DNA from: a virus
Strand: one strand, 5' to 3'
Length of the DNA stretch: 64,000 nucleotides
Virus record (IMG/VR): IMGVR_UViG_3300020146_000001
The notes under the pieces are model-generated. The model ran no database searches and was not told the origin of the DNA. It was given only the letters and a program-made list of their open reading frames with translations. Position 1 is the stretch's first letter; each line of letters opens with the position of its first letter. The translations under genes were made by a program, and so were the position numbers. Of the stretch, positions 8,514 through 17,483 are shown one piece after another.

Positions 8514-8987
8514 TCACGCCTTCAAAATGTTCAACGCCAAAAGCGCGTCCACAACGGCCTTTAGCCCTTGCGCCACGTCCGCCAAAGTCGCCGTGGCCGT
8601 GTCCTTCGTCGCCTTGCTCGCCGTCCCGGTCCACGCGGTCCAACCAGCATTCCCACCGAGCCACTTCACCCCCACAGCCTGCGCGGAATCGGCAACCAGA
8701 AACGTCCCGTCCGCCCCCGCTGACAACCTCACCCCGTTCGTGCCGTCGTGCGCCAGCAAATCACCCTTAGTGGTTAAGGGGCTTGAGAGAGTGACGGTCG
8801 CGCCCACGCCCGAGAAGGTGAAACCCGATGTCCCTCCCGAAAAGGTGAGACTTCCCGCGACTCCGTTGATGGTCGAAACGAATGTAGTGCCCGCAGGTAA
8901 GACCGTGGGTAAAGGCTCGGCCCCGGCGGCAGGGCCGAACTGCTCGTGAACAAAGTCTGAGTTAAGGTCAAGATTTGTGTCCCTCAT
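8514..8987 (-). CDS. Tail-fibre-like protein
   Basis: 157 aa. TTKGDLLAHDGTNGVRLSAGADGTFLVADSAQAVGVKW is a motif recurrent in short-tailed phage fibre proteins. Confidence 0.6.
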   Translation of the reverse strand: MRDTNLDLNSDFVHEQFGPAAGAEPLPTVLPAGTTFVSTINGVAGSLTFSGGTSGFTFSGVGATVTLSSPLTTKGDLLAHDGTNGVRLSAGADGTFLVADSAQAVGVKWLGGNAGWTAWTGTASKATKDTATATLADVAQGLKAVVDALLALNILKA

Positions 8988-11074
8988 CTGCGTGCCCCCT
9001 GTACCTCGTACTCGTATGCGGCCTCGTCAATTCGGTCTCTCTCGCCGGACCCGTCCCACGTCCCCTCAACCCGAACGGTATGCTGCTTCAGGTTCTTGAC
9101 ATTCGCCTTCAGTGCTGCGCCTTCAATTACATTTGAGCCGTTAGACAGGGCCAGCGTGGCTAGAGCATTTGTGCCTGCCTCCAAATCCGATACCGGAATA
9201 CTCTGCGTCGGCGCGGCACCGTAAACTTTCAAGTTTCCGCTGGTGATTTTTCCGGTTACACGAAAAGTCGGCCCGAGCTTCTTCGTTCTTAACTCTTCGC
9301 CGGAATCACTGAACTGTGCCGCGATGTAGTAGGAAACACTCGACCCTGAGCCGGTGTCGAACCTGTACGTCCCCATACTCACGGTGTTGTTGCTGAGTCT
9401 TCCCCCGCAGAGGAAATCAAGATTATTTCCGACCGTGGATACGCCACTCACAATCATGTCCTGTGTCGTGGAAGATAAAAGTATGTCAGCGACCCACTCC
9501 TGAGCCGAGAGCCCCCAGCACCAGACACGAGTGGTCCAGAACCCGGAGGAATTTAGGTTGTAAGCTGAGTGGAAGTAGCAGACACAATCATTCAGGGGGT
9601 CGTGTGCTACTAAGATATGGCCTTTAACCCAAGACTTGTAGAACTCGGCAATCGCGGAAGCCCAGGTGTTTTCCGCCTCCTGCTTGTCACCCCCACCCAC
9701 GGAGCGGGCCGGGCCTGAGTTAGTCGCCCCGTACAGAGTCCCATTGATGAAAACCAGTTGGTATGGGTTCTTAAATCCGGTCTTCCAGAACGGGCTTACT
9801 CTCACGGGGACAAACTCGCTCGCCGTGGGCTGTGCGATCTGCAAATGATTCGTGGTTAAGAGGTACAAGCGGGCTTCGCTTGAAACGACACCCAGAATGG
9901 TTTCGGGGGGAGAGGTAGGGTATCCAAGCCCAGCCGGCGCGGCTTCGACGTTGGAGGGTTTGGCCGGACGAATGAACGGGCCGGGGCTGGTGTCTCCGGG
10001 GCCGTTACATGAAATCCACACGGGCACGCCGTTGAAGAGTGCGACAAATTCAGCATTCGGGGGCGCGTCGTTGTCGAACGTTAAGAGAGAACCCGCCAGC
10101 CCGGCCCCTTGAGTTTCTATCTCCCCGTCCAGCCATTCGAAATTAGCCCTGCGGCTACCGTCCAATGCGGATTCTGCAACTTGACCAACGCGGAACCACG
10201 GGCCATTGATGAGGTTCTGTCCGGTGGTGTCCTGTGAGTCTACGTAGCGCGTTCCCCACACCCCATGAGCGTCTTGCCCGTGGGTCGAATCAACGGCGGC
10301 GAATGTGATTTGAACTCGCTGGCCTGCCGTGATTGAGAATGTCACAGGGGCGGAGGGGTTGTTAAAGCCCAGCGTCGCTAAACGTTCGGCCGTCACTCGG
10401 ATGGCATAACTGGCCGCTATCATCCCTTTCGTGCCGCCAGCTACTCCCGCTACCGTAGGCGCTCCAGGCGTGTCCATTCCGAGCGGGTAGTGTGAATAAG
10501 TGGAACCCGAGAGAATAGAAACTTTCGGGGCGCGGGTCAGTGCCAGGGTGTTGGTGAGCGCCGTCCCGTCCAGTCGGAAAGTACCATCGCCCACAGAGAA
10601 CAGAGTGCCCTTATCCAGCCTGACAACATTCCCTCTGAGACAAGTACCCCGTTGATTATCCACCGCGAATATCACAGGCAAGCGATAGCCCGTTTTCCCA
10701 GACACCGACGCCGTAGGCGCTCGGGAGATAATCAAGGAGGTGTTGGAAATGATTCTTTCGACAACACAGAGGAATGACTGGCTTCCCACCGCATCAAGCA
10801 CGAGGAAGAATTGGCCCAAGTGTAATTCCGTGGTGAATGAAGTTCCCGTACCTGTAACGGTGGTAGAGCCGGAAGTCAAAGCTACGGTTCCCGTCAGAGC
10901 GGTATTGTCAACAGTCTCGGAAAGGTTCTGCGGCCCGCCCGTGCATTCGTGGTAGGCGGCGTCTCCTGAGCCTCTTTTGAATACGTTCTGCATCCTGAAA
11001 ATCAAGTCACCGAGATTGCCCGACCGCGGGCTGGTCGGAAAATACGGATTACCCCTGATAGTGCGCGTACCCAC
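8984..11074 (-). CDS. Large tail structural protein (tail hub/nozzle candidate)
   Basis: 696 aa, between the neck paralogues and the fibre genes. No catalytic motif recognised. Confidence 0.65.
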   Translation of the reverse strand: MGTRTIRGNPYFPTSPRSGNLGDLIFRMQNVFKRGSGDAAYHECTGGPQNLSETVDNTALTGTVALTSGSTTVTGTGTSFTTELHLGQFFLVLDAVGSQSFLCVVERIISNTSLIISRAPTASVSGKTGYRLPVIFAVDNQRGTCLRGNVVRLDKGTLFSVGDGTFRLDGTALTNTLALTRAPKVSILSGSTYSHYPLGMDTPGAPTVAGVAGGTKGMIAASYAIRVTAERLATLGFNNPSAPVTFSITAGQRVQITFAAVDSTHGQDAHGVWGTRYVDSQDTTGQNLINGPWFRVGQVAESALDGSRRANFEWLDGEIETQGAGLAGSLLTFDNDAPPNAEFVALFNGVPVWISCNGPGDTSPGPFIRPAKPSNVEAAPAGLGYPTSPPETILGVVSSEARLYLLTTNHLQIAQPTASEFVPVRVSPFWKTGFKNPYQLVFINGTLYGATNSGPARSVGGGDKQEAENTWASAIAEFYKSWVKGHILVAHDPLNDCVCYFHSAYNLNSSGFWTTRVWCWGLSAQEWVADILLSSTTQDMIVSGVSTVGNNLDFLCGGRLSNNTVSMGTYRFDTGSGSSVSYYIAAQFSDSGEELRTKKLGPTFRVTGKITSGNLKVYGAAPTQSIPVSDLEAGTNALATLALSNGSNVIEGAALKANVKNLKQHTVRVEGTWDGSGERDRIDEAAYEYEVQGARR

Positions 11075-11593
11075 CTAAGCCTTTAACCTTTCTACAACCC
11101 TATCCATTGCCATAAACAGAAATTCATTAGGTGCTGATATGGTCGAGCTGGCCGAAGCCGGAATGCTCGGAATACAGGGAATTGTTAGTTTTCTCGTGTC
11201 ATCAATCCCGTCGCCGTCCTCATAACTTGCTCCCGGCTCAATCACGAAGATGTCCGACTCTTCTCTAATGCAGTAATAACCAACACGGTCGTCATACACT
11301 CTTATGAAGTCCGCCCACTCTGGCACAAGTGAGTAAATCTTCGTCGGGTCGTCAGGGTCGTAAAGCTCACTATCAAATTTGCGCCGCGTCAGCACGTCAC
11401 TGGTTAAGGTTGCCGTGCCGTTAGCAAATGTGACCGTCTTCGTATCCCTTAATAGACTCCTGTTCTTCTCTGTAAATTCATCGGCCACTTCCTGAAAGAC
11501 CTGAGACAGTTGGGCCTCTACTACAGCCTCAACCTTTTGGGCGTTCTGGCCGCTCTGCTCAACTGTCCTATCTATGAACTCTTGCAAGGTCAC
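11075..11593 (-). CDS. Neck/adaptor-module protein, type A, copy 2
   Basis: 172 aa. Shares EVA(D/E)EF, NG(T/A).TL.S, W.DFIR and PG(A/S).Y with 12276-12857. Confidence 0.6.
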   Translation of the reverse strand: MTLQEFIDRTVEQSGQNAQKVEAVVEAQLSQVFQEVADEFTEKNRSLLRDTKTVTFANGTATLTSDVLTRRKFDSELYDPDDPTKIYSLVPEWADFIRVYDDRVGYYCIREESDIFVIEPGASYEDGDGIDDTRKLTIPCIPSIPASASSTISAPNEFLFMAMDRVVERLKA

Positions 11594-12279
11594 GCGGCTA
11601 CCTCGCTAATAGCCTTCGGCGGAACGGATGTGAGTCCGCCCCGTATCGCCCTTATCGTCTCCTCAAAGAACGACAGAAATTCATTCTTGCCCAAGTAGGC
11701 CGCACCGCCGCATACAAGTGCTTCCTCTAACACATCCGGCAGAAGCATGTTCGAGTTGTTGTCTATCGCAGTTCTTTGTGTTGCCGCGTCATAGGTACAG
11801 ACATCAATCTTCACATTTGTACGGGTGTGAAATATCCGATTATCATCAATGTGATATGCGTACAAAGAGCCTTTGCGCCAGGTGTTCGCATTCCTCACCC
11901 ACCTGCGAATATCAGCCAATGGGTATTCGTCACAGACAATCCCGTCCGAGGCGTCCACCACACTTCCTCGTATGCCGACCACAGGCACAGAGGTGGAATT
12001 AGTCGAAGGTATCAACGCGCCGTGTGCGATATTGGCGGTCTGAGACTTCAGGATTCTTCTCAAAGGATGATTGCCCGTCTCGGCAATCGCACTGACAATC
12101 TTCTCCTCCGCGAGTTGAACGGCGTCCTTAACCATGTCGAGTGAGAATCCACCTTTGAAGTCGGCCACGGTCAAAGGAAGGGTCGCGTAGGAGATGTCAA
12201 CGCCCGCGGGCACACTTCCACGGAGAGCGCCGACCCTCAGCGCAACACCTCTGACAATGCGACCGTAGGGGACACTCAC
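11590..12279 (-). CDS. Neck/adaptor-module protein, type B, copy 2
   Basis: 229 aa, collinear with 13062-13796. Shared motifs include TG.HP.R, DGN/DDNRI(F/Y)HTRTNV.ID.C.Y, NNMLLPDVLEEA.VCG and SVPPK. Confidence 0.65.
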   Translation of the reverse strand: MSVPYGRIVRGVALRVGALRGSVPAGVDISYATLPLTVADFKGGFSLDMVKDAVQLAEEKIVSAIAETGNHPLRRILKSQTANIAHGALIPSTNSTSVPVVGIRGSVVDASDGIVCDEYPLADIRRWVRNANTWRKGSLYAYHIDDNRIFHTRTNVKIDVCTYDAATQRTAIDNNSNMLLPDVLEEALVCGGAAYLGKNEFLSFFEETIRAIRGGLTSVPPKAISEVAA

Positions 12280-12857
12280 GCGGCAACCCTCTCCCTTCTA
12301 GGAACTCGAATCTTCGTCGCCAGCCTTTCTACCAATGCAAGCTCAAGCCTCAACGGACAGGTGATAGTTGCCGACTCACTAGCCGGCATGTCTACAGCGG
12401 CGAATGTGGTCAAATCAACATTCCCCGTGACACCACTTCCGGGCGTGTAGGCACTTCCCGGCGCGACGTAATAAAAGGACGTGCCTTTGACTGAGAAATA
12501 CCCTCGGTTGGTGTCTGCCGGCGCTCTGATAAAGTCGTCCCACGGCAGGAATCTCATCTTCTCTGCCACGGTCGCGTCCGACGTGCTCAACACAACACGG
12601 TCATCTGAAATGAAGCCTTCCAGGACTCTTGAAGGTAGAGTTCCTGCGCCGTTGGTCAGTGCGATGGTGACAGTCTCAGTGACGTAGGGGGCTAGCATCG
12701 GATCGGCGGCAAACTCTTCGGCTACTTCCCTCATGACGTGGTGCGCCCAGGATTCCGCTATCTGCTCCGGGTCTAAGACGGCAGACACGTTTAAGTCCTC
12801 GCCGGACAGGGCTAGGTCGGACGCGCGGTTTATCCATTGCTTCAAAGTGAAAGCCAT
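12276..12857 (-). CDS. Neck/adaptor-module protein, type A, copy 1
   Basis: 193 aa, paralogue of 11075-11593. Overlaps both neighbours. Confidence 0.6.
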   Translation of the reverse strand: MAFTLKQWINRASDLALSGEDLNVSAVLDPEQIAESWAHHVMREVAEEFAADPMLAPYVTETVTIALTNGAGTLPSRVLEGFISDDRVVLSTSDATVAEKMRFLPWDDFIRAPADTNRGYFSVKGTSFYYVAPGSAYTPGSGVTGNVDLTTFAAVDMPASESATITCPLRLELALVERLATKIRVPRRERVAA

Positions 12858-13051
12858 TAGCCTTCAGCCTTCTTCTCCGCGCCCTTAACATTCAACGCCA
12901 AGTCGCCGCCGTTGCTCAGGACGTTAGGGGCCATGCTGTTCAAGACCCCTTGTAGTGCCTGGTAGACTTGCTGCACCTGTTCCGCACTTCCAGACACTTC
13001 CACGGTCAAGTCTTTGGTTTTCACGCTGAATCCTGTGTCTTTGGTCGCCAT
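12857..13051 (-). CDS. Small hypothetical protein (64 aa)
   Basis: Sits between the type B copy 1 and type A copy 1 genes. A GGAG-type RBS region lies upstream. Confidence 0.45.
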   Translation of the reverse strand: MATKDTGFSVKTKDLTVEVSGSAEQVQQVYQALQGVLNSMAPNVLSNGGDLALNVKGAEKKAEG

Positions 13052-13061
13052 TTATTTCTCC

Positions 13062-13796
13062 TTATGCGGCATTGGCTGTGAGCGTCGGGCCGGGTACGAC
13101 TTTCGGCGGGACACTCACCAGCCCCTGTGAAATCCAAGAGAGAGTTTGATCAAAGTAGGACTTGTAGACCTGTGCCTGCTGCATGAATGCGTCGTCACGA
13201 ACGAGCATCGAAACGATTCCGCACACCATTGCTTCCTCCAAGACATCGGGCAGAAGCATATTGTTCGTCAGAGTGCCTATGGCCGTCAGTTGGTCCGTCT
13301 TGGAGTAGGCACAGCAGTCAATCACCACGTTCGTCCTCGTGTGGTAGATTCGATTGCCGTCAATCTTGTAGTTGTAAACGGCCGCGAGGTGAAAACTGCC
13401 CGCGTTCTCAACCCTGCGGCTAATCATCTCCAGGGGTTTCTCGGTACACACCCGCCCGTCCGACGAGTCGTACACGGAACCCCACACGCCGATAATCGGC
13501 TTGCTCCCGCTGCTCTGCGTCGGGAGTGCTGCTTTATGAGCGAGAGAACCCGTGACGGCATGAAGGTTGGCCCTGAACGGATGCCCGCCCGTGTTTGCTA
13601 TGGCGTGGGCAAGTTTCTCTTCGACCAGCAAACAAGTATCAGTGAGGGGCGTCTTGGAGAAGTCCGCAGAGTCGAGTTGAGTGGCCGTGAGCGGGCTTGT
13701 GACGTAGGCAGACTCTAAGGCACTGCTGGTAGAGCCAGCGATGCCGTTAATGCGAACGGCGGCAGCACGTAGAACATGGTTGTAGGTGACAGCCAT
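13062..13796 (-). CDS. Neck/adaptor-module protein, type B, copy 1
   Basis: 244 aa, paralogue of 11590-12279. Confidence 0.65.
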   Translation of the reverse strand: MAVTYNHVLRAAAVRINGIAGSTSSALESAYVTSPLTATQLDSADFSKTPLTDTCLLVEEKLAHAIANTGGHPFRANLHAVTGSLAHKAALPTQSSGSKPIIGVWGSVYDSSDGRVCTEKPLEMISRRVENAGSFHLAAVYNYKIDGNRIYHTRTNVVIDCCAYSKTDQLTAIGTLTNNMLLPDVLEEAMVCGIVSMLVRDDAFMQQAQVYKSYFDQTLSWISQGLVSVPPKVVPGPTLTANAA

Positions 13797-14500
13797 TACT
13801 CAATCGGGAACGCCTCAAGCCTGTAGTTATTCCTCGGAACACTAATCATCATGTCGAACTTCAAATCTCTTTCGTACTCGGCGACATGACCTTCAAGGTA
13901 ACTTCTGAGTTCCGCCCGCTTGGTCCGGTTCTCGTTTTCATCCTCCGACCACGAAGCCGCCGGCAATGCCCTCAGTGCGAGTTTGGCGATAATCAAATGG
14001 TGGTGGTGTTCAAGAATCGGTGATTCGTCTAATGCCGTGTCAGCGGTCCCCGCAACCGTGTAAGCCACCCTGAAGGTTTCACTGGCCGACGGTCTGGGCC
14101 GGAACCTCGCATACAGATTCGGGTCTCCGTGCTTTCTATAGAACGCTACCCGTTCAGTGCCAGCGCCCCACCCCTCTTGCCAACCTTCCGCCATGTCCGT
14201 GAAATCCGAAAACGGCAGTTGATATTCGTACTCCCCGTTGTCGGGGTCGTAGTTCGAGGTGACATCAATAATTCTTCCTATTGGCCCACCCTGCGGATTG
14301 ACGACGTACGCACTCTCCCCGTCCTGAACCTCTATGGTCGTTTCGCCTATCACCCAAGCCTGCCCCGAGCTCGTCAGCCTGTTTTGAATAGACTGAAGGA
14401 TGCCGACAGCCCAATGAAGGAGTTGTCGATAACTCGGTTTCTGCGGGCGCGGCTCAAGGAGTTCAATCCTAGCTGCGCTCAGTATCTCCCTGAGTTTCAT
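13796..14500 (-). CDS. Head-tail adaptor candidate
   Basis: 234 aa, first gene after the head-associated block. The call rests on position only. Confidence 0.5.
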   Translation of the reverse strand: MKLREILSAARIELLEPRPQKPSYRQLLHWAVGILQSIQNRLTSSGQAWVIGETTIEVQDGESAYVVNPQGGPIGRIIDVTSNYDPDNGEYEYQLPFSDFTDMAEGWQEGWGAGTERVAFYRKHGDPNLYARFRPRPSASETFRVAYTVAGTADTALDESPILEHHHHLIIAKLALRALPAASWSEDENENRTKRAELRSYLEGHVAEYERDLKFDMMISVPRNNYRLEAFPIE

Positions 14501-15584
14501 CGGGGTTCTTCCTGGGCCTGCCGCCTTTGTTCTTCACTGGCTGCGAATCAAAAGCCGTGGTCGGTAAGTCGCTCACCGTTGACCCCATCGGCTGAGACAC
14601 CATTGGCGGGGCGTCTTGTTGCTCTGCTGCGGGCGGAACAACGGCCTGCGCCTGCGCGGCAAGTATCTGATTCGCCACCACACCAGCAATCTGGCCTACA
14701 ATCTCGGGCGTCATCTGACCGCCGCCAACGGTAGCTATGATCTCCCTGAGTTGGTCGGCAGAAATACCACCCGCCATGCCTTCAATAATCCTGTCCTGCG
14801 GCGTCATCTCAAGCTGCCTGAGAAGTTCACGGGCCACGGGCGAGTATGAGTGGACATACAGATGAGATTTCCGCTCGCGGAGCATGGCGTGCTCGACAGA
14901 CAGCCGTGTCTCGGCCCATCTGCGGAACTGCGCGCAACTCTGCTGCATGTCTTGAGCGACCTTCCCGTGAAGCTCACTTCTGCCAGACGCCCTATCAATT
15001 TGCTCCTCCAACTTATTCAACTCAATCGGAGGCAAGGAAGGAAAGAAATCAAAGTTCAGGAGTTGGGGTATTCCGGGCTCACCCCTAGACTCGTCCTTGT
15101 ACCAGGGCTGGTCGAAAAGGGCTTTAATCTCGACAATCCCCTTGCCATCGTTGGTTCTCAGAACAGACTTGATCTCGTCGCCGGGATAGTATTTAACGTG
15201 CCTGAGAGACTTCCCGATGAGGAATCCGGGCTTATTGGTTATGCCCCCCGCGGTAACGCTCGGCTGCGCGCCCGCAATCGTCACGGTGTCGTGCTCAAGA
15301 CCTTCACCGATAAGTTCGGGCGGGAGTGCTTCGGCCCAAATCTCAAGGGGCATGACGCGGGCACGGGGCAGGAAGCCGCCCACGGAGCGCCTCAGACAGT
15401 AGGTCTGAATCTCCTCACCCCCACCCCACTGCCGAATGTGCTCACTACGCTCCACGCGCTCGGGGTCAAGGAACTGGCCGGCGGTGAACAGGTAGCGAAT
15501 CTTCTCAAGGGAAGCGTCGCGGGTGGAGACCAAGCCCATGCCCCTTGTGGGGTCGTCAAATATGATTCGTTGCGGTGTTGCCAT
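14469..15584 (-). CDS. Hypothetical virion-module protein with a C-terminal AT-hook-like GRPRK motif
   Basis: 371 aa. The C-terminus is KNKGGRPRKNP. There is a 32-nt overlap with the downstream gene. Confidence 0.55.
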   Translation of the reverse strand: MATPQRIIFDDPTRGMGLVSTRDASLEKIRYLFTAGQFLDPERVERSEHIRQWGGGEEIQTYCLRRSVGGFLPRARVMPLEIWAEALPPELIGEGLEHDTVTIAGAQPSVTAGGITNKPGFLIGKSLRHVKYYPGDEIKSVLRTNDGKGIVEIKALFDQPWYKDESRGEPGIPQLLNFDFFPSLPPIELNKLEEQIDRASGRSELHGKVAQDMQQSCAQFRRWAETRLSVEHAMLRERKSHLYVHSYSPVARELLRQLEMTPQDRIIEGMAGGISADQLREIIATVGGGQMTPEIVGQIAGVVANQILAAQAQAVVPPAAEQQDAPPMVSQPMGSTVSDLPTTAFDSQPVKNKGGRPRKNPDETQGDTERS

Positions 15585-15599
15585 ATACTCCTCTATTCA

Positions 15600-16298
15600 T
15601 CAAAGGCCGGTAGCGTGAACGGCGTAGCGCACCTTCACCCTCACGACGCCGGTGGCGGTGCCGGGGTTGGTGAACGCACTCGCGGCCACAAGGTTGAGTC
15701 CCGTATTCGCGGCCAGTTGGTTGTTCGTAGGTACCGCGGCTTGGACGACGGCCACCTTGTCTGCCGCGCCCCCGATGGAGTTCGCGGCAGAAACGGCCGC
15801 GGAGACCGCCGCCCCGCCCCCGGCATAATTCACAGTCACGTTGCCGCCATCCGCGTAGGCGGCAACACCGAAGTCCAAAATTATTACGGCGGATCGGAAC
15901 TCAATAGCGTACCCCGCGCCCGGAGCGGCTACTAAGGGATACCCATTCGCGTGGCCCAGCTTTCCCGCGCTCGTGGACACAATGTCCGCGGCACTGATGG
16001 TGGCCTCGGCGTACTGAACTCCGGTCAAGGCACCGGACGCTGCCTGCCACAGAGAGCCGTCGGAGCGGAAAATCTTATTGTTGCCCGTGGCGTGGGAGGT
16101 GAAAGCGAAGGAGCCCGCGGGCGCAGAAGTCGCTGTCTCGCCTTCCGTAATCGCCGTGGTGAAGTTGTAGATACGGATGCCGCCGATTGTGACGTACTTA
16201 CCCGACTCCATTGACGAGAAATCAAGGTTTCCGTTCTCATCAAAGAAACCCGAAAGCCCGCGGTTGTACTTGTCGAGTAGAACTACCGATCCTGCCAT
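15600..16298 (-). CDS. Hypothetical Ala/Gly-rich structural protein
   Basis: 232 aa, in the head-proximal module with an RBS-like sequence upstream. Confidence 0.55.
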   Translation of the reverse strand: MAGSVVLLDKYNRGLSGFFDENGNLDFSSMESGKYVTIGGIRIYNFTTAITEGETATSAPAGSFAFTSHATGNNKIFRSDGSLWQAASGALTGVQYAEATISAADIVSTSAGKLGHANGYPLVAAPGAGYAIEFRSAVIILDFGVAAYADGGNVTVNYAGGGAAVSAAVSAANSIGGAADKVAVVQAAVPTNNQLAANTGLNLVAASAFTNPGTATGVVRVKVRYAVHATGL

Positions 16299-16334
16299 TT
16301 GTTTATCTCCTTACCGGCCCTTGTCGTCCGGTAG

Positions 16335-17132
16335 TTAATCAGGGATGGCTAATCCGGCCTTCCCCTTCTTCCATGTGCTTCCCAAGAAGTGATACTTCCC
16401 GTGTGCCAGCTTCTTTGCGCTTGCCTCGAACAAACGCCAGCCGTGTAGGTAGTCAAAGTCCGAGCCCATTTCCTGCTCATACTTATTAACCTCATCGGCT
16501 ATGCGAGATGCCTGCATGTTCGCTTCCGTCTCTATTGCCGCGAGCTGGTGCGGGCTCAAAGGGGCGTAGGGGTCGTAATACTTCCCGTGCTTCAGCTCCT
16601 GTGCGGCACGTTCGATATTCCGCATGTCCGAGTCATTCGGCTCACGGTATTGCCCCCAGCACCTCTGACGGCCGCCCACCGGAACCTTCACGAGTTCCCC
16701 ACGGGGCGTCAGGTCGAACTTGTAAGTCCCCTGCCAAGCCTCCTCACAACACTGCGGCTCGCCGCTTTCCGCTTTGTGTCCAGAGTGAACCGCAATCAGT
16801 GAATCAAACACGTAGTAGTCTTCGGGCGGCGGGCCTAAATCTAGAGTCTCGCCCGTGGCCTCAACATACTGAAAGCGTGTCGCGTTGAAGGCGTCCCAAT
16901 AGGCTTCCCGCTCAAGGCGTTTCTCGAAGACGAACCTGTCGGGCTGGTCATACTTCCATGTACCGCCGTCCTTCCACCTTTTAGTCCAGTACCTCGGAAC
17001 CTCTTCACCGAGAACACGAGTAAAGACGAGGGGCGCGTAGGACAGTCGAATGATGGGCTTGCCGTCCTTATTCAGCCCGACACGCTCATTGATTCGTTTC
17101 TGGAATGTCTCTACGTCGAAGCCGCGAATCAT
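16335..17132 (-). CDS. Hypothetical protein
   Basis: 265 aa, co-oriented in the head module. No motif recognised. Confidence 0.55.
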   Translation of the reverse strand: MIRGFDVETFQKRINERVGLNKDGKPIIRLSYAPLVFTRVLGEEVPRYWTKRWKDGGTWKYDQPDRFVFEKRLEREAYWDAFNATRFQYVEATGETLDLGPPPEDYYVFDSLIAVHSGHKAESGEPQCCEEAWQGTYKFDLTPRGELVKVPVGGRQRCWGQYREPNDSDMRNIERAAQELKHGKYYDPYAPLSPHQLAAIETEANMQASRIADEVNKYEQEMGSDFDYLHGWRLFEASAKKLAHGKYHFLGSTWKKGKAGLAIPD

Positions 17133-17183
17133 TGGTTTTATTGCGGCGACCCCGGCCCGAAGACTAGAGCCGCCGCAGTTAAA

Positions 17184-17198
17184 GGGAGCAGCACTCCC
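17184..17198 (-). terminator. Weak hairpin directly after the stop of 17199-17465
   Basis: Minus strand reads TAA GGGAG tgctg CTCCC TTTAA. The T tract is short. Confidence 0.3.
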
Positions 17199-17465
17199 TT
17201 ACTCGGTGCCCCAGATTTCAGCGTGGCTGAAGTTGCTGGCCGCTATGGTCGCTGTGGTCTTCACGTCAACCGAATGGTCCGCAGTCTGCGCGACCATTTG
17301 AAGCGGAGGCGAAACTGAAAGGACCGTCTTAATGTGCGGCAGAGCAAGGGTCTGGGTGTCGCCAGCGGTTGACGCGGGGACTTTCCAAATCTCCCTTACG
17401 AGCCCACCCGCCGCCGCGCTATGCGGGATGCGCTTAACGAAAACTATTCCTGTGATGGCTGCCAT
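17199..17465 (-). CDS. Small protein downstream of the capsid gene (head decoration candidate)
   Basis: 88 aa, with GGAGGTGA 7 nt upstream of the ATG. The call rests on position. Confidence 0.5.
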   Translation of the reverse strand: MAAITGIVFVKRIPHSAAAGGLVREIWKVPASTAGDTQTLALPHIKTVLSVSPPLQMVAQTADHSVDVKTTATIAASNFSHAEIWGTE

Positions 17466-17483
17466 TTCTCATTCACCTCCCGC

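Noticed and set aside
14850-15935. 361-aa plus-strand ORF. Similar long antisense ORFs are 18045-18917, 8314-8949, 7548-8189, 17421-18029, 38245-38895, 52327-52950 and 57918-58556.
   Set aside because: All lie opposite well-supported, translationally coupled minus-strand genes. They have Arg/Gly/Pro/Leu-rich junk-like composition and lack SD sequences.
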